DNA of 10,683 nucleotides from a virus (Monodnaviria; Loebvirae; Hofneiviricota; Faserviricetes; Tubulavirales; Inoviridae): IMG/VR virus record IMGVR_UViG_2541047961_000001; one strand, 5' to 3'. Shown piece by piece: positions 1 to 7,351 of this stretch (position 1 is its first letter; each line of letters starts with the position of its first letter). The notes under the pieces were generated by a model. It saw only the letters and a program-made list of their open reading frames with translations, ran no database searches and was not told where the DNA came from. The position numbers and the translations under genes were made by a program.

Positions 1-453
1 CTATTGCAGATTTTTCTCTTTCAAAAACCGACTCACCAAATCAGCGATTTGCACATTATTCAGGTCAGTGAACGGGAAGTGGGTATTACCTTTTATCCCT
101 ACTTCAGGAAGATGCGTCACCGTCACATCCCCACCATGCTTGTTAACCACATCACGCCACTTACGCGCCATTGCCAGCCGTACTCGCCAGCTGTCCTGTG
201 CGGGCATGGCTACAGGTTTATCCGGTATGTTATCGCCGTAAATAATCAAAATCGGGATTTTAGTCAGCGCCATAAACTGTTCCATTGGCACTGGTTCCCC
301 CTTCAGCGTGTCGAACGCACTTGGCATAGGGGCAGGGAGTTCTTTTTCCGGGAACACAAAATATGGACAGATGAATTTTGCTCCGCAGCCCATGATGAAG
401 TTGTGAAGAGAGGCAGTAGTAGCCCAAGATAATGTAACTGTCTGATCATACAT
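1..453 (-). CDS. alpha/beta-hydrolase-fold C-terminal-like protein (150 aa), possibly a gene fragment
   Basis: ORF with stop at 1-3 and ATG at 453 immediately preceded by an in-frame TAA (454-456). The translation has IPILIIYGDN and GNTHFPF motifs typical of the acid/His region of alpha/beta hydrolases. GC-rich, host-like composition. It abuts the 5' end of the hydrolase-like pseudogene on the opposite strand. Confidence 0.45.
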   Translation of the reverse strand: MYDQTVTLSWATTASLHNFIMGCGAKFICPYFVFPEKELPAPMPSAFDTLKGEPVPMEQFMALTKIPILIIYGDNIPDKPVAMPAQDSWRVRLAMARKWRDVVNKHGGDVTVTHLPEVGIKGNTHFPFTDLNNVQIADLVSRFLKEKNLQ

Positions 454-521
454 TTACTCAGGCCGGACTCTATGACGGGGCTATCACCGAAAATGTCGCA
501 GGCAAGGTCAATATCCATCCT

Positions 522-1144
522 GTGAAATATGATCTGCATGGCATTCAGATTGCAGCGAATGTGTATACACCTGCTAACTATGACCCTGCGAAAAAATATC
601 CGGCAATAGTGGTGGCTCATCCGAATGGTGCGTTAAAGAGCAGGTCGCCGGTTTGTATGCGCAGCGCCTTGCTGAGCATGGCTATATTACTGTTACCGCC
701 GATGCAGCTTATCAGGGGGCTAGCGGTGGGGTGCCACGTAACGTGGATAAACCTGCGAATCGTATTGAAGATATCCACGGTATGGCTGATTTCATCAGCC
801 AGTATCCTGGTGTTGATAGCACCCGTATTGGTTTGTTGGGGATTTGCGGGGGAGGAGGGTATTCACTTGCTGCCGCCGAGACGGACAAACGATTCAAATC
901 GATTGCAACCATTAGCATGTTTAATTCAGGACTTGTACGGCGCAATGGTATGCAGGATTCACAGTTGGATACTATTCAACAACGTCTTAAGCAGGCTTCA
1001 GATGCACGAGCTCAGGAAGTCGCCGGTAGCGAAGTGCTTTACTCCGGTGATGCCAACCTGACTGATGAACAGATCGCTAAATTACCTTTTGCGTTATATC
1101 CAACGCAAGTATCCAACTCATGGTCTATGGTGTGCCATCACTGA
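522..1144 (+). pseudogene. dienelactone-hydrolase-like alpha/beta hydrolase, disrupted (-1 frameshift near 633-638; no ATG start)
   Basis: Frame 0 (438-638) encodes ...KYPAIVVAHPNGALK. The reading frame then switches to the 653 frame (EQVAGLYAQRLAEHGYITV...GLLGICGGGGYSLAAAE, a G-x-C-x-G nucleophile elbow) at an A-run, gcgttaaagagcag. Hydrolase-like sequence extends upstream to an in-frame stop at 435-437 with no ATG; the first possible start is GTG at 522. Confidence 0.55.
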
Positions 1145-1251
1145 ACAGAGGTTGAATTTTTCTACCGAAACGGGAGGGAAGTCAGAAATCACAACGTATT
1201 GATTTATCTGTGTGTGGATGTGAATGGTGAAGTAAAGGACCTTCACAGGCA

Positions 1252-1279
1252 ATTTAACATAATATACATTATGCGCACC
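1252..1279 (-). other. dif: dif site (XerC/XerD recombination site), likely prophage attR
   Basis: The sequence at 1252-1279, atttaacataatatacattatgcgcacc, is the exact reverse complement of the E. coli dif 28-mer GGTGCGCATAATGTATATTATGTTAAAT. The XerD arm faces the host hydrolase side and the XerC arm faces the prophage. Confidence 0.85.
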
Positions 1280-1419
1280 AATGGTAAGGATGGCAGAATC
1301 TGGCGGGAATCGTTGACACTGGCCGTCAACTGGCTACTATCGACAGTGATTCAAAATCATCCGTTTCTCCAAACGAATCAGAATCAAATGTCTGTCAGCA
1401 GTAAGTGAACGGCCTGACC

Positions 1420-1668
1420 TCACCAATCAGGCCTGTTCATCCAGTTAGTTGGTAAATCTGTACCTGATACACGAGAATCAAACACCACTTCTTCAGTGCC
1501 ATCACCATGATGCCGGATAATCTGGTAACCGGATTGCGGGTTCTGGCTCTCAGCTTCATAAGCAGCCCGGAATGCTGGATCTTTGAGAAGCATCACTTTC
1601 AGCTCCTGATGTGTCATGAATTTTTCCATGATAAGCCCCGATGAATGCTGCCGCGCCGAATCAGCCAT
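1420..1668 (-). CDS. hypothetical small acidic protein (65-82 aa depending on start)
   Basis: ORF downstream of the secretin on the same strand. There is no clear Shine-Dalgarno before the ATG at 1668; internal ATGs at 1629 and 1617 are alternative starts. No TM segment. Function not recognised. Confidence 0.4.
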   Translation of the reverse strand: MADSARQHSSGLIMEKFMTHQELKVMLLKDPAFRAAYEAESQNPQSGYQIIRHHGDGTEEVVFDSRVSGTDLPTNWMNRPDW

Positions 1669-1813
1669 AACGCTGAAAATGGAAACTGTACGGCTTGGCC
1701 AACCCCGGACAGCAACAAAACAAGTTTTGTCACTGACCGGCGTTATCTTTCAAAACAGACAGTTAACGATTTTTTGTCTGGTGTTTATGCGTGAAATTTC
1801 GTGCGTACGAAAT

Positions 1814-2062
1814 TCACCACCAATAAACAAACGGACGATGACTGACCGGAAAAGCAATGCCGTCAGCATCATGACCACGCATTACCTGATTGAGAAGACT
1901 TCTGACTTCACGGCGCTCAGGCCTGGTCATCATCATATTGCGATACCAGGACGGCGATTTATCAAACCATCTGGCACAACTGGCAAAATGTGAACCTACA
2001 CGACGATAAGACTTAAGGCGGCCACCGGGAAGTCGGTCACGCGCCTTATTTTTTACAGACAT
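1814..2062 (-). CDS. hypothetical small basic (Arg-rich) protein, 82 aa
   Basis: ATG at 2062 is preceded by a good Shine-Dalgarno (AGAGGA, about 7 nt spacing). Highly basic composition. Located between the secretin and dif. The stop is followed by an inverted repeat at 1791-1817. Confidence 0.5.
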   Translation of the reverse strand: MSVKNKARDRLPGGRLKSYRRVGSHFASCARWFDKSPSWYRNMMMTRPERREVRSLLNQVMRGHDADGIAFPVSHRPFVYWW

Positions 2063-2150
2063 AATAAATCCTCTAAGTAACTGAATACCTAGAAGATGTC
2101 GTACTGTTCATACCCCATAAAAGTTAACGCCATAATAAAAATCCATACAA

Positions 2151-3395
2151 TCAGTTCAGGTTGTCCCGGAACAGTTCACCGCTCCTCGCGGCGCTGCGGG
2201 GCGTCGCCCTGCTCCGGTCAACCTTTCTGACCTGAAGCATCACCATAATATCAGTCTTGTTGCTTTCACTGGTACGGGAACCGAAGAAGCTCCAGCCGGA
2301 ACTGGCCTTACTGTCTTTCTGTTCAGCAAGGCCACCAAGTAAAATAATATCACCATCTGCAAGGCTGACTTCGGTTGTTACATCACGCTTGATAAGGGTT
2401 GGCGAGTTATTGACGCCGGTTTCAGTGGTCACAAAGTTGGAAAGCTGCTGCTGAATCTTGAGATCCATTGTCCGACTTTTGATTGATGGCGTCACGTTAA
2501 ACAAAACACCGCTGGAACGATATTCAACGGATTGCGTTGTCGTATTGTTATTCACCGTAACACTGCCCAGTACTGGCACATCAGAGCCGACTGAAAAAGA
2601 CGCTGAGGCATTATTTTTTACCCGCAGTCGTGGCGCACTGACAACAGTAAAACGACTGTCGGTTTTCAGCAGATTGAAAATGGCATCAATGGAGCCGGTT
2701 CGAATATTGATAAAATTATCCAGTCCGGCAGCACCAACTGAAATATTGAATTTATCAGACAGAATTTTAGCCGCTAAAAGAATGCCGGAGCCGTCAGACT
2801 GCGAGGTCTGAACCTCAAAAACATAACCAGAAACAACCACTTCATCACTCATCGTATCCAGCGAAGTGACCAGTGTTTTCAGGATGGCGATATCCTCTTT
2901 CGTACCATAATAAACCAGAATATCACCGGTTCGATTGATGTAGTTGCTTGCCCCTGATGAACCTTTTAGCGAATCGTCAGAAATCACGGCTCCACTGTTA
3001 TTGAAGGAGCCTGAAACGTAGCCGCCAAGAATATCAGACAGGTAGGCAACAGAACGGTACTGAGGCGTATAAGTCCATGTATAACGTGGCTTAACCGGCT
3101 CTTTCGGCGTATAGGGCGCGATAAAATCAACACCCTTTTTCGTCCATATTCGAATGTTCATATTGCCAAGATAACGGGTTACAAATTCCCGTTCATCAAT
3201 ATCAGGTGTTAACCTGAATGTAATCATTCGTTCATCATTAACAAGCTGTGGATCTAGCATATACGGGACTTTAAGCACCTCACTGTAAATAAGAGAAATA
3301 GCCTCCGGTAGCTTGACTTTATTTAATTCAAGCTCTGACCCTGCGAAAGCACATGAAGAAAATAGTAGCGTTAATGCGAGTAAAATCTTTTTCAT
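2151..3395 (-). CDS. secretin (filamentous phage pIV-like outer-membrane export channel)
   Basis: 414 aa with an N-terminal signal peptide (MKKILLALTLLFSSCAFA) and a C-terminal secretin-type domain (GSDVPVLG...ILLGGL...). The start overlaps the upstream gene stop (TAATG at 3393-3397). The position after the pI-like gene matches Ff gene IV. Confidence 0.85.
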   Translation of the reverse strand: MKKILLALTLLFSSCAFAGSELELNKVKLPEAISLIYSEVLKVPYMLDPQLVNDERMITFRLTPDIDEREFVTRYLGNMNIRIWTKKGVDFIAPYTPKEPVKPRYTWTYTPQYRSVAYLSDILGGYVSGSFNNSGAVISDDSLKGSSGASNYINRTGDILVYYGTKEDIAILKTLVTSLDTMSDEVVVSGYVFEVQTSQSDGSGILLAAKILSDKFNISVGAAGLDNFINIRTGSIDAIFNLLKTDSRFTVVSAPRLRVKNNASASFSVGSDVPVLGSVTVNNNTTTQSVEYRSSGVLFNVTPSIKSRTMDLKIQQQLSNFVTTETGVNNSPTLIKRDVTTEVSLADGDIILLGGLAEQKDSKASSGWSFFGSRTSESNKTDIMVMLQVRKVDRSRATPRSAARSGELFRDNLN

Positions 3396-4420
3396 TATTT
3401 TTTCCCCGTATAAAGCGTCACACGCTCACCATCAATAATTCCGCTCATCAACATCCCTTTGTAATTAAAACTGGATGCAGGAACGGCACGCAAAACACCG
3501 GCACCGTTAACAAGAATCACAAACGCCCTGCCTTCACTGGTCATTCTCCCTGATATACGCCACTCGGTTGAAAGTGGCGGTTCAGCTGGTTCTGAGGGAG
3601 TATCTGATGCTGGAGTAACAGAGGAAGAACGAAACATGGCCGCATCACGTACATCTGTTGTAGTCAAATCTGGCGAGGGATCGCTTCGGCCAAACGTGCT
3701 GAAAAATGAGTAAATCAGCCAGCCTGACCCGATAAACATCAATGGAAAAAGCACAAGAAAGAACCTGACTTTGCCAGAATTCCAGATGCTCTGGCGTTTA
3801 TCTGTCTGCTTTTCATTACCGTTATTTCCTTCATAGCTTTTGTAAAGTTCAAAAATATCAGGGTTATATTTATTGCGATAACTGGTGACGAGGTTGCTTT
3901 TATAGATTTTGTGGCCTGAATATACGTCAATGCAGTAATGATTATTCAGGCCCAACGCTTTCAGCTTGCGCATCCGGTAAGTTGTTTCTATTTTGTCTTT
4001 CAGAAAGCGAGCAATATTAGAAAGTGACTGATTTACAATAACCAAATCACAGCTAATACCCGTTTCAGGGTGCGTAAAATGACGATGTTCAGCAATAAAT
4101 GATTTCTTCTCAGCCGTCATATCCTTATCGCTACCGAAGATTCGCCATGCTTCATCAATAACAATTAAATCACCAAACTGGCAAAAGCTCCCTTCCCCAC
4201 CTTTAAAAGGAAAGAAATCTGCTTTAAGCACATCATCATTATCCACAACAATAATTTCTCCCGTTGCATCAGGATAACGTTCGGTGATTTTATCTTTTTG
4301 TAAACCATAAATGTTCGTCACAACTCTCCGGCCGCTGGTAAATGCCGGAATAATGACATTGCAAACGGCTTCATAACTTTTTCCTGAGCCGGGTATGCCA
4401 ATATATGCAGAAATAGCCAT
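3395..4420 (-). CDS. Zot/pI-like phage assembly ATPase
   Basis: 341 aa with an N-terminal Walker A P-loop (GIPGSGKS) and a central hydrophobic segment (FFLVLFPLMFIGSGWLIYSFF), as in Zot/gpI family proteins. Lies immediately downstream of the pVI-like gene. Confidence 0.85.
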   Translation of the reverse strand: MAISAYIGIPGSGKSYEAVCNVIIPAFTSGRRVVTNIYGLQKDKITERYPDATGEIIVVDNDDVLKADFFPFKGGEGSFCQFGDLIVIDEAWRIFGSDKDMTAEKKSFIAEHRHFTHPETGISCDLVIVNQSLSNIARFLKDKIETTYRMRKLKALGLNNHYCIDVYSGHKIYKSNLVTSYRNKYNPDIFELYKSYEGNNGNEKQTDKRQSIWNSGKVRFFLVLFPLMFIGSGWLIYSFFSTFGRSDPSPDLTTTDVRDAAMFRSSSVTPASDTPSEPAEPPLSTEWRISGRMTSEGRAFVILVNGAGVLRAVPASSFNYKGMLMSGIIDGERVTLYTGKK

Positions 4421-4423
4421 AAC

Positions 4424-4711
4424 TCACCCTATAACAGGAATACGTCGAATAATAAAACGAGTAGCCATTGCGGAGATAATCATACTAATCCCCTGTGGTA
4501 ATTTACTCAGGTTAATGAAGTACCAGAATCCGTCTGATAAATTGGCAAACAGCGATGAGAGATTGCTTGAATCTGGCAGTAACTCAACAAGGATTTCAAC
4601 GAAGCCCTGGACTACAAAATACAGCGCAAAGAATACGACGAATTTAATAATCAATGACCGGAATACAAAACCTAACAAAGTATTTAATGCACTAATCAGA
4701 ATCCCAAACAT
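4424..4711 (-). CDS. pVI-like minor coat/membrane protein
   Basis: 95-aa strongly hydrophobic protein. A Shine-Dalgarno (AAGGAG) sits directly after the pIII stop. Position between the pIII-like and pI-like genes matches Ff gene VI. Confidence 0.6.
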   Translation of the reverse strand: MFGILISALNTLLGFVFRSLIIKFVVFFALYFVVQGFVEILVELLPDSSNLSSLFANLSDGFWYFINLSKLPQGISMIISAMATRFIIRRIPVIG

Positions 4712-4723
4712 AGTTGCACTCCT

Positions 4724-6436
4724 TTAGGCACTCAGAATAATACGGAGCGCAACAAATCCCCATATAATCAGAAATATGGTTTCTACGGCGCTTCTGTTCT
4801 GCTCAATTAACGGACAATGGGAGTCAATTCTGTACTGGTGATTAAACACGCTGAATTCAACAACGGGGCAGGATGCTGAACGAGAGCCGATGTTAAATTC
4901 GTTTGTAAAAGGCAACAAGTTAATAATTGGCGTTAAAATATCTCTTGCCGTTGGCGTTTCTTCAAGCTCAGGCTCTTTTACACCGGGATCTTCTCCCAAA
5001 TCTATATTGCCATTATTTCCAGTGTCAGATCCTGAGTTGTTATTAATGGTAATATCAATATTGACGTCAGCCCCTGCACTGTCAGATACAGGTGAAAGCA
5101 TATCTAATAACGTTGGAGATAGCCTAAGTTCCGACATCGCAGAAGTTACTTCAGCCGGTGAAACCTCTTTAAACGGTAAGCCGTTATAATCGGCATTAAC
5201 GGCAGCTTCAGACCACAGCTCGTTAATCATGTCGGCAAGAAGTGCTGGCGATACACTAACACTATCAAGATACTCCAGATAATCAATCATGGACTCAATA
5301 TTTCCGGCCTCCAGTACTTCCGTCATGGCTTTATATTTGGTATTGGTCCAGATAGTAAGCTCACTCTTTTCATCAATATCTTTTGCGGTGTAATCCTCTT
5401 TTTCAGGAACGGCGCAAATCGTCGAATATCCACCATTTGACTGATTAGTCGTTTTACAAGGCGTGTTGTGATACTGATATTGCTTGCCTGCTGTTAAATA
5501 AGCAACGCTGTAATACATGGGAAGCCCTGCTACATTTTCATACATGGGAATACCTGCGGGAAATGAAGATGCGGCCGGGTTGCTATACAAGTGTGTAATC
5601 TCAGGTATTTCATAAAATGAGGAAGGATAAGTAAACTTATAATTCTGTTCAGTAAAGGATACATCTCCATTACTGTTGACAACTTTATTCGTCACAGTGC
5701 GTTCAAAATTTGTTAGTGTTTCAGTATAAGTACGCGAGTTATAGTCATTAAGATAATTTCTGGCAATTTCAGTTGGATTATCACCATAGTAATAAATTAG
5801 CTCTTTCGAATCCTGATAATAATAAAGTGCATTATCTGGCGTGGAATATCCTGTTTCAACACCTACAACTGGAGAACCCGCATCCACATTATTACGACTA
5901 ACATGAAGGATTACCGGACTTAATTCCTGTGGTTCAAAATTAACGGTTATCGTCTTACTTTCACCACTTTGACCACTGTACGTTACTTCATATAAATTAT
6001 CGGAAATCTTTTTACCGTTAGTCATTACCATTACCGAGCCGTCAGATGAACTCAAAGAAGACGGAACAAAAGATGATACAGCAGCAGCAATACCCGCCCA
6101 CGTTGCAACACCGCTCATTTTGTATGATGAGGCAGCAGGCAAGTATTCGGCAGCATTAGCCGCAGCGCGGCCAACAAAAACACGGGTTGCTGTAAGCTGT
6201 GATGCCGTATAAATCGCATCATTGGCAGCAAAGCGACGAACAAGCACCCGGCCAACGACTTTAGGAATAACAGCCCGCGCAGCCACTGCTGCAATTGCTG
6301 GTACAAATGAATATGAATATCGGGGAAAGGAAACCCAGAGAAAGGAAAAAATAAAGGAATAAACCGTCAGCCTCTTAGCCCAAGAATAACGACATAAGCT
6401 GAGACGATCCCCCATAAAAGGGAACCCAATTTCCAT
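4724..6436 (-). CDS. pIII-like adsorption (receptor-binding) minor coat protein
   Basis: 570 aa. The N-terminus has a signal-peptide-like segment ending VSFPRYSYS, reminiscent of the M13 pIII leader. There is an Asn/Gly/Asp-rich linker and a C-terminal hydrophobic anchor (IFLIIWGFVALRIIL). GGAG Shine-Dalgarno 8 nt before the ATG at 6436. An internal ATG at 6118 is also followed by a hydrophobic leader (alternative start). Confidence 0.7.
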   Translation of the reverse strand: MEIGFPFMGDRLSLCRYSWAKRLTVYSFIFSFLWVSFPRYSYSFVPAIAAVAARAVIPKVVGRVLVRRFAANDAIYTASQLTATRVFVGRAAANAAEYLPAASSYKMSGVATWAGIAAAVSSFVPSSLSSSDGSVMVMTNGKKISDNLYEVTYSGQSGESKTITVNFEPQELSPVILHVSRNNVDAGSPVVGVETGYSTPDNALYYYQDSKELIYYYGDNPTEIARNYLNDYNSRTYTETLTNFERTVTNKVVNSNGDVSFTEQNYKFTYPSSFYEIPEITHLYSNPAASSFPAGIPMYENVAGLPMYYSVAYLTAGKQYQYHNTPCKTTNQSNGGYSTICAVPEKEDYTAKDIDEKSELTIWTNTKYKAMTEVLEAGNIESMIDYLEYLDSVSVSPALLADMINELWSEAAVNADYNGLPFKEVSPAEVTSAMSELRLSPTLLDMLSPVSDSAGADVNIDITINNNSGSDTGNNGNIDLGEDPGVKEPELEETPTARDILTPIINLLPFTNEFNIGSRSASCPVVEFSVFNHQYRIDSHCPLIEQNRSAVETIFLIIWGFVALRIILSA

Positions 6437-6500
6437 AATTCAATCTCCATAATAACCTCAAGTAAAACGGGCGATATTGCATCGCCCATGAATAATGAAT

Positions 6501-6734
6501 TTATGCGGATTTAACGGTACGCAATACCCAGCGAACGCCAGCGACACCGGCATAAAGTGTTACCAGTGAAGCAGCAACGGCCATAATCGCAACCAGAACT
6601 GTACTGAAATCAATGCTGTTCGTCAGCGGCGATAAATCAACACCACTTGATGCCGCTCCTTCTGCAGCGAAAGTCGCGCCAGAAACAGCCATTAATGCAG
6701 GTACAGCCAGAAAACTAACGATTTTTTTAAACAT
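6501..6734 (-). CDS. major coat protein (pVIII-like)
   Basis: 77 aa with a signal peptide (MFKKIVSFLAVPALMAVSGATFA), an acidic mature N-terminus, a hydrophobic core and a basic C-terminus (RWVLRTVKSA). GGAG Shine-Dalgarno. This is the classic inovirus major coat architecture. Confidence 0.8.
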   Translation of the reverse strand: MFKKIVSFLAVPALMAVSGATFAAEGAASSGVDLSPLTNSIDFSTVLVAIMAVAASLVTLYAGVAGVRWVLRTVKSA

Positions 6735-6768
6735 AACTCTATCTCCATTACATTTTAAAGGTTCGCAT

Positions 6769-7020
6769 TCAAGCAGTACGAACCATCTTTATTACCTGTC
6801 CCACACCTACAGAAAAAAGCCAGAGCAGCAGGACAGAGCCAAAACCTAATATCCAGTAATTTCCCATTGCAGAATAATCAATTTGATGAAATGGTTCAGA
6901 ACGTACCATTATTGCCTGACATTCTTTTGCATTGTTCGCATTACATAAATAACCTTCAATACGGTAACCATTTTCAGGAATATGATTATCAAACTGAATA
7001 TCGAAACCTGATGTATCCAT
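6769..7020 (-). CDS. small membrane protein at the gVII/gIX position (putative minor coat or assembly protein)
   Basis: 83 aa with a C-terminal TM helix (YWILGFGSVLLLWLFSVGVG). The start is coupled to the upstream stop (TAATTATG). Located between the ssDNA-binding-like and major coat genes. Confidence 0.45.
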   Translation of the reverse strand: MDTSGFDIQFDNHIPENGYRIEGYLCNANNAKECQAIMVRSEPFHQIDYSAMGNYWILGFGSVLLLWLFSVGVGQVIKMVRTA

Positions 7021-7022
7021 AA

Positions 7023-7340
7023 TCAGCCTTTTATTTCAGTAATGCCGCCATCTGATGAAATGTTATAAGTTACTCCTTCCCTCCCCTCCATTGACCAGAC
7101 GCGAACATATACAGGTATCTGGACTAACTTACCGATAAAATTATTTGCCTGATTCATTACACCGGCATTAACAAGAGCCTGAGATACACGAATAATAATC
7201 TGGTCTTGCTTAGTGCCGCCAAAACCATCAGGAATCTCTAAGCCAACACCAATTTCATTATAGTATCCCTGACCATTGACCTTATTACGCTGGCGAGCAC
7301 CAAGCATTTTACCTTTTACAAAAAGACCATAATTAGACAT
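7023..7340 (-). CDS. putative ssDNA-binding protein (gV/RstB position)
   Basis: 105-aa soluble protein immediately downstream of Rep (11-bp gap). Assignment is by conserved gene order in inoviruses; no diagnostic motif was recognised. Confidence 0.45.
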   Translation of the reverse strand: MSNYGLFVKGKMLGARQRNKVNGQGYYNEIGVGLEIPDGFGGTKQDQIIIRVSQALVNAGVMNQANNFIGKLVQIPVYVRVWSMEGREGVTYNISSDGGITEIKG

Positions 7341-7351
7341 ATCACTCTCCT

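Noticed and set aside
4-432. 142-aa plus-strand ORF
   Set aside because: Antisense to the hydrolase-like ORF 1-453, with a non-protein-like, Arg/His-rich translation.
303-620. 105-aa minus-strand ORF
   Set aside because: Overlaps the hydrolase-like sequences in an alternative frame; no support.
712-945. 77-aa minus-strand ORF
   Set aside because: Antisense within the hydrolase frame; proline-rich artefact of the GC-rich region.
522-1061. 179-aa ORF as a single intact gene
   Set aside because: Only the first 40 or so codons are hydrolase-like. Beyond about 638 the frame is out of register with the hydrolase frame (653-1144), so this is a frameshift artefact rather than a separate gene.
1227-1246. 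Short hairpin GTGAAG...CTTCAC just left of dif
   Set aside because: Only a 6-bp stem with no T-tract; it could be incidental, and there is not enough evidence to call a terminator.
1199-1408. 69-aa plus-strand ORF
   Set aside because: It spans the dif site (1252-1279), has no ribosome-binding site and a low-complexity translation; likely spurious.
1616-1993. 125-aa plus-strand ORF
   Set aside because: It overlaps both minus-strand small ORFs antisense and has no Shine-Dalgarno; the minus-strand ORF 1814-2062 has a strong one.
2257-2811. Plus-strand ORFs 2257-2454 and 2458-2811
   Set aside because: Antisense to the well-supported secretin gene.
3353-3553. 66-aa plus-strand ORF
   Set aside because: Antisense across the secretin/pI junction.
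3739-3930. 63-aa minus-strand ORF
   Set aside because: Alternative frame inside the pI/Zot-like gene.
3953-3980. TTGCGCATCC resembling the XerC arm of dif
   Set aside because: Central region and XerD arm do not match; inside the pI/Zot-like gene.
4395-4727. 110-aa plus-strand ORF
   Set aside because: Antisense to the pVI-like gene.
4888-4897. Partial dif-like match GATGTTAAAT
   Set aside because: Only about 9 of 28 positions match and it lies inside the pIII coding sequence; coincidence.
4890-5189. 99-aa plus-strand ORF
   Set aside because: Antisense within the pIII-like gene; Ser/Gly-rich mirror of the linker region.
6115-6306. 63-aa minus-strand ORF
   Set aside because: Alternative frame inside the pIII-like N-terminal region; Leu-rich artefact.
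6613-6849. 78-aa plus-strand ORF
   Set aside because: Antisense to the major coat gene and the upstream small membrane gene.
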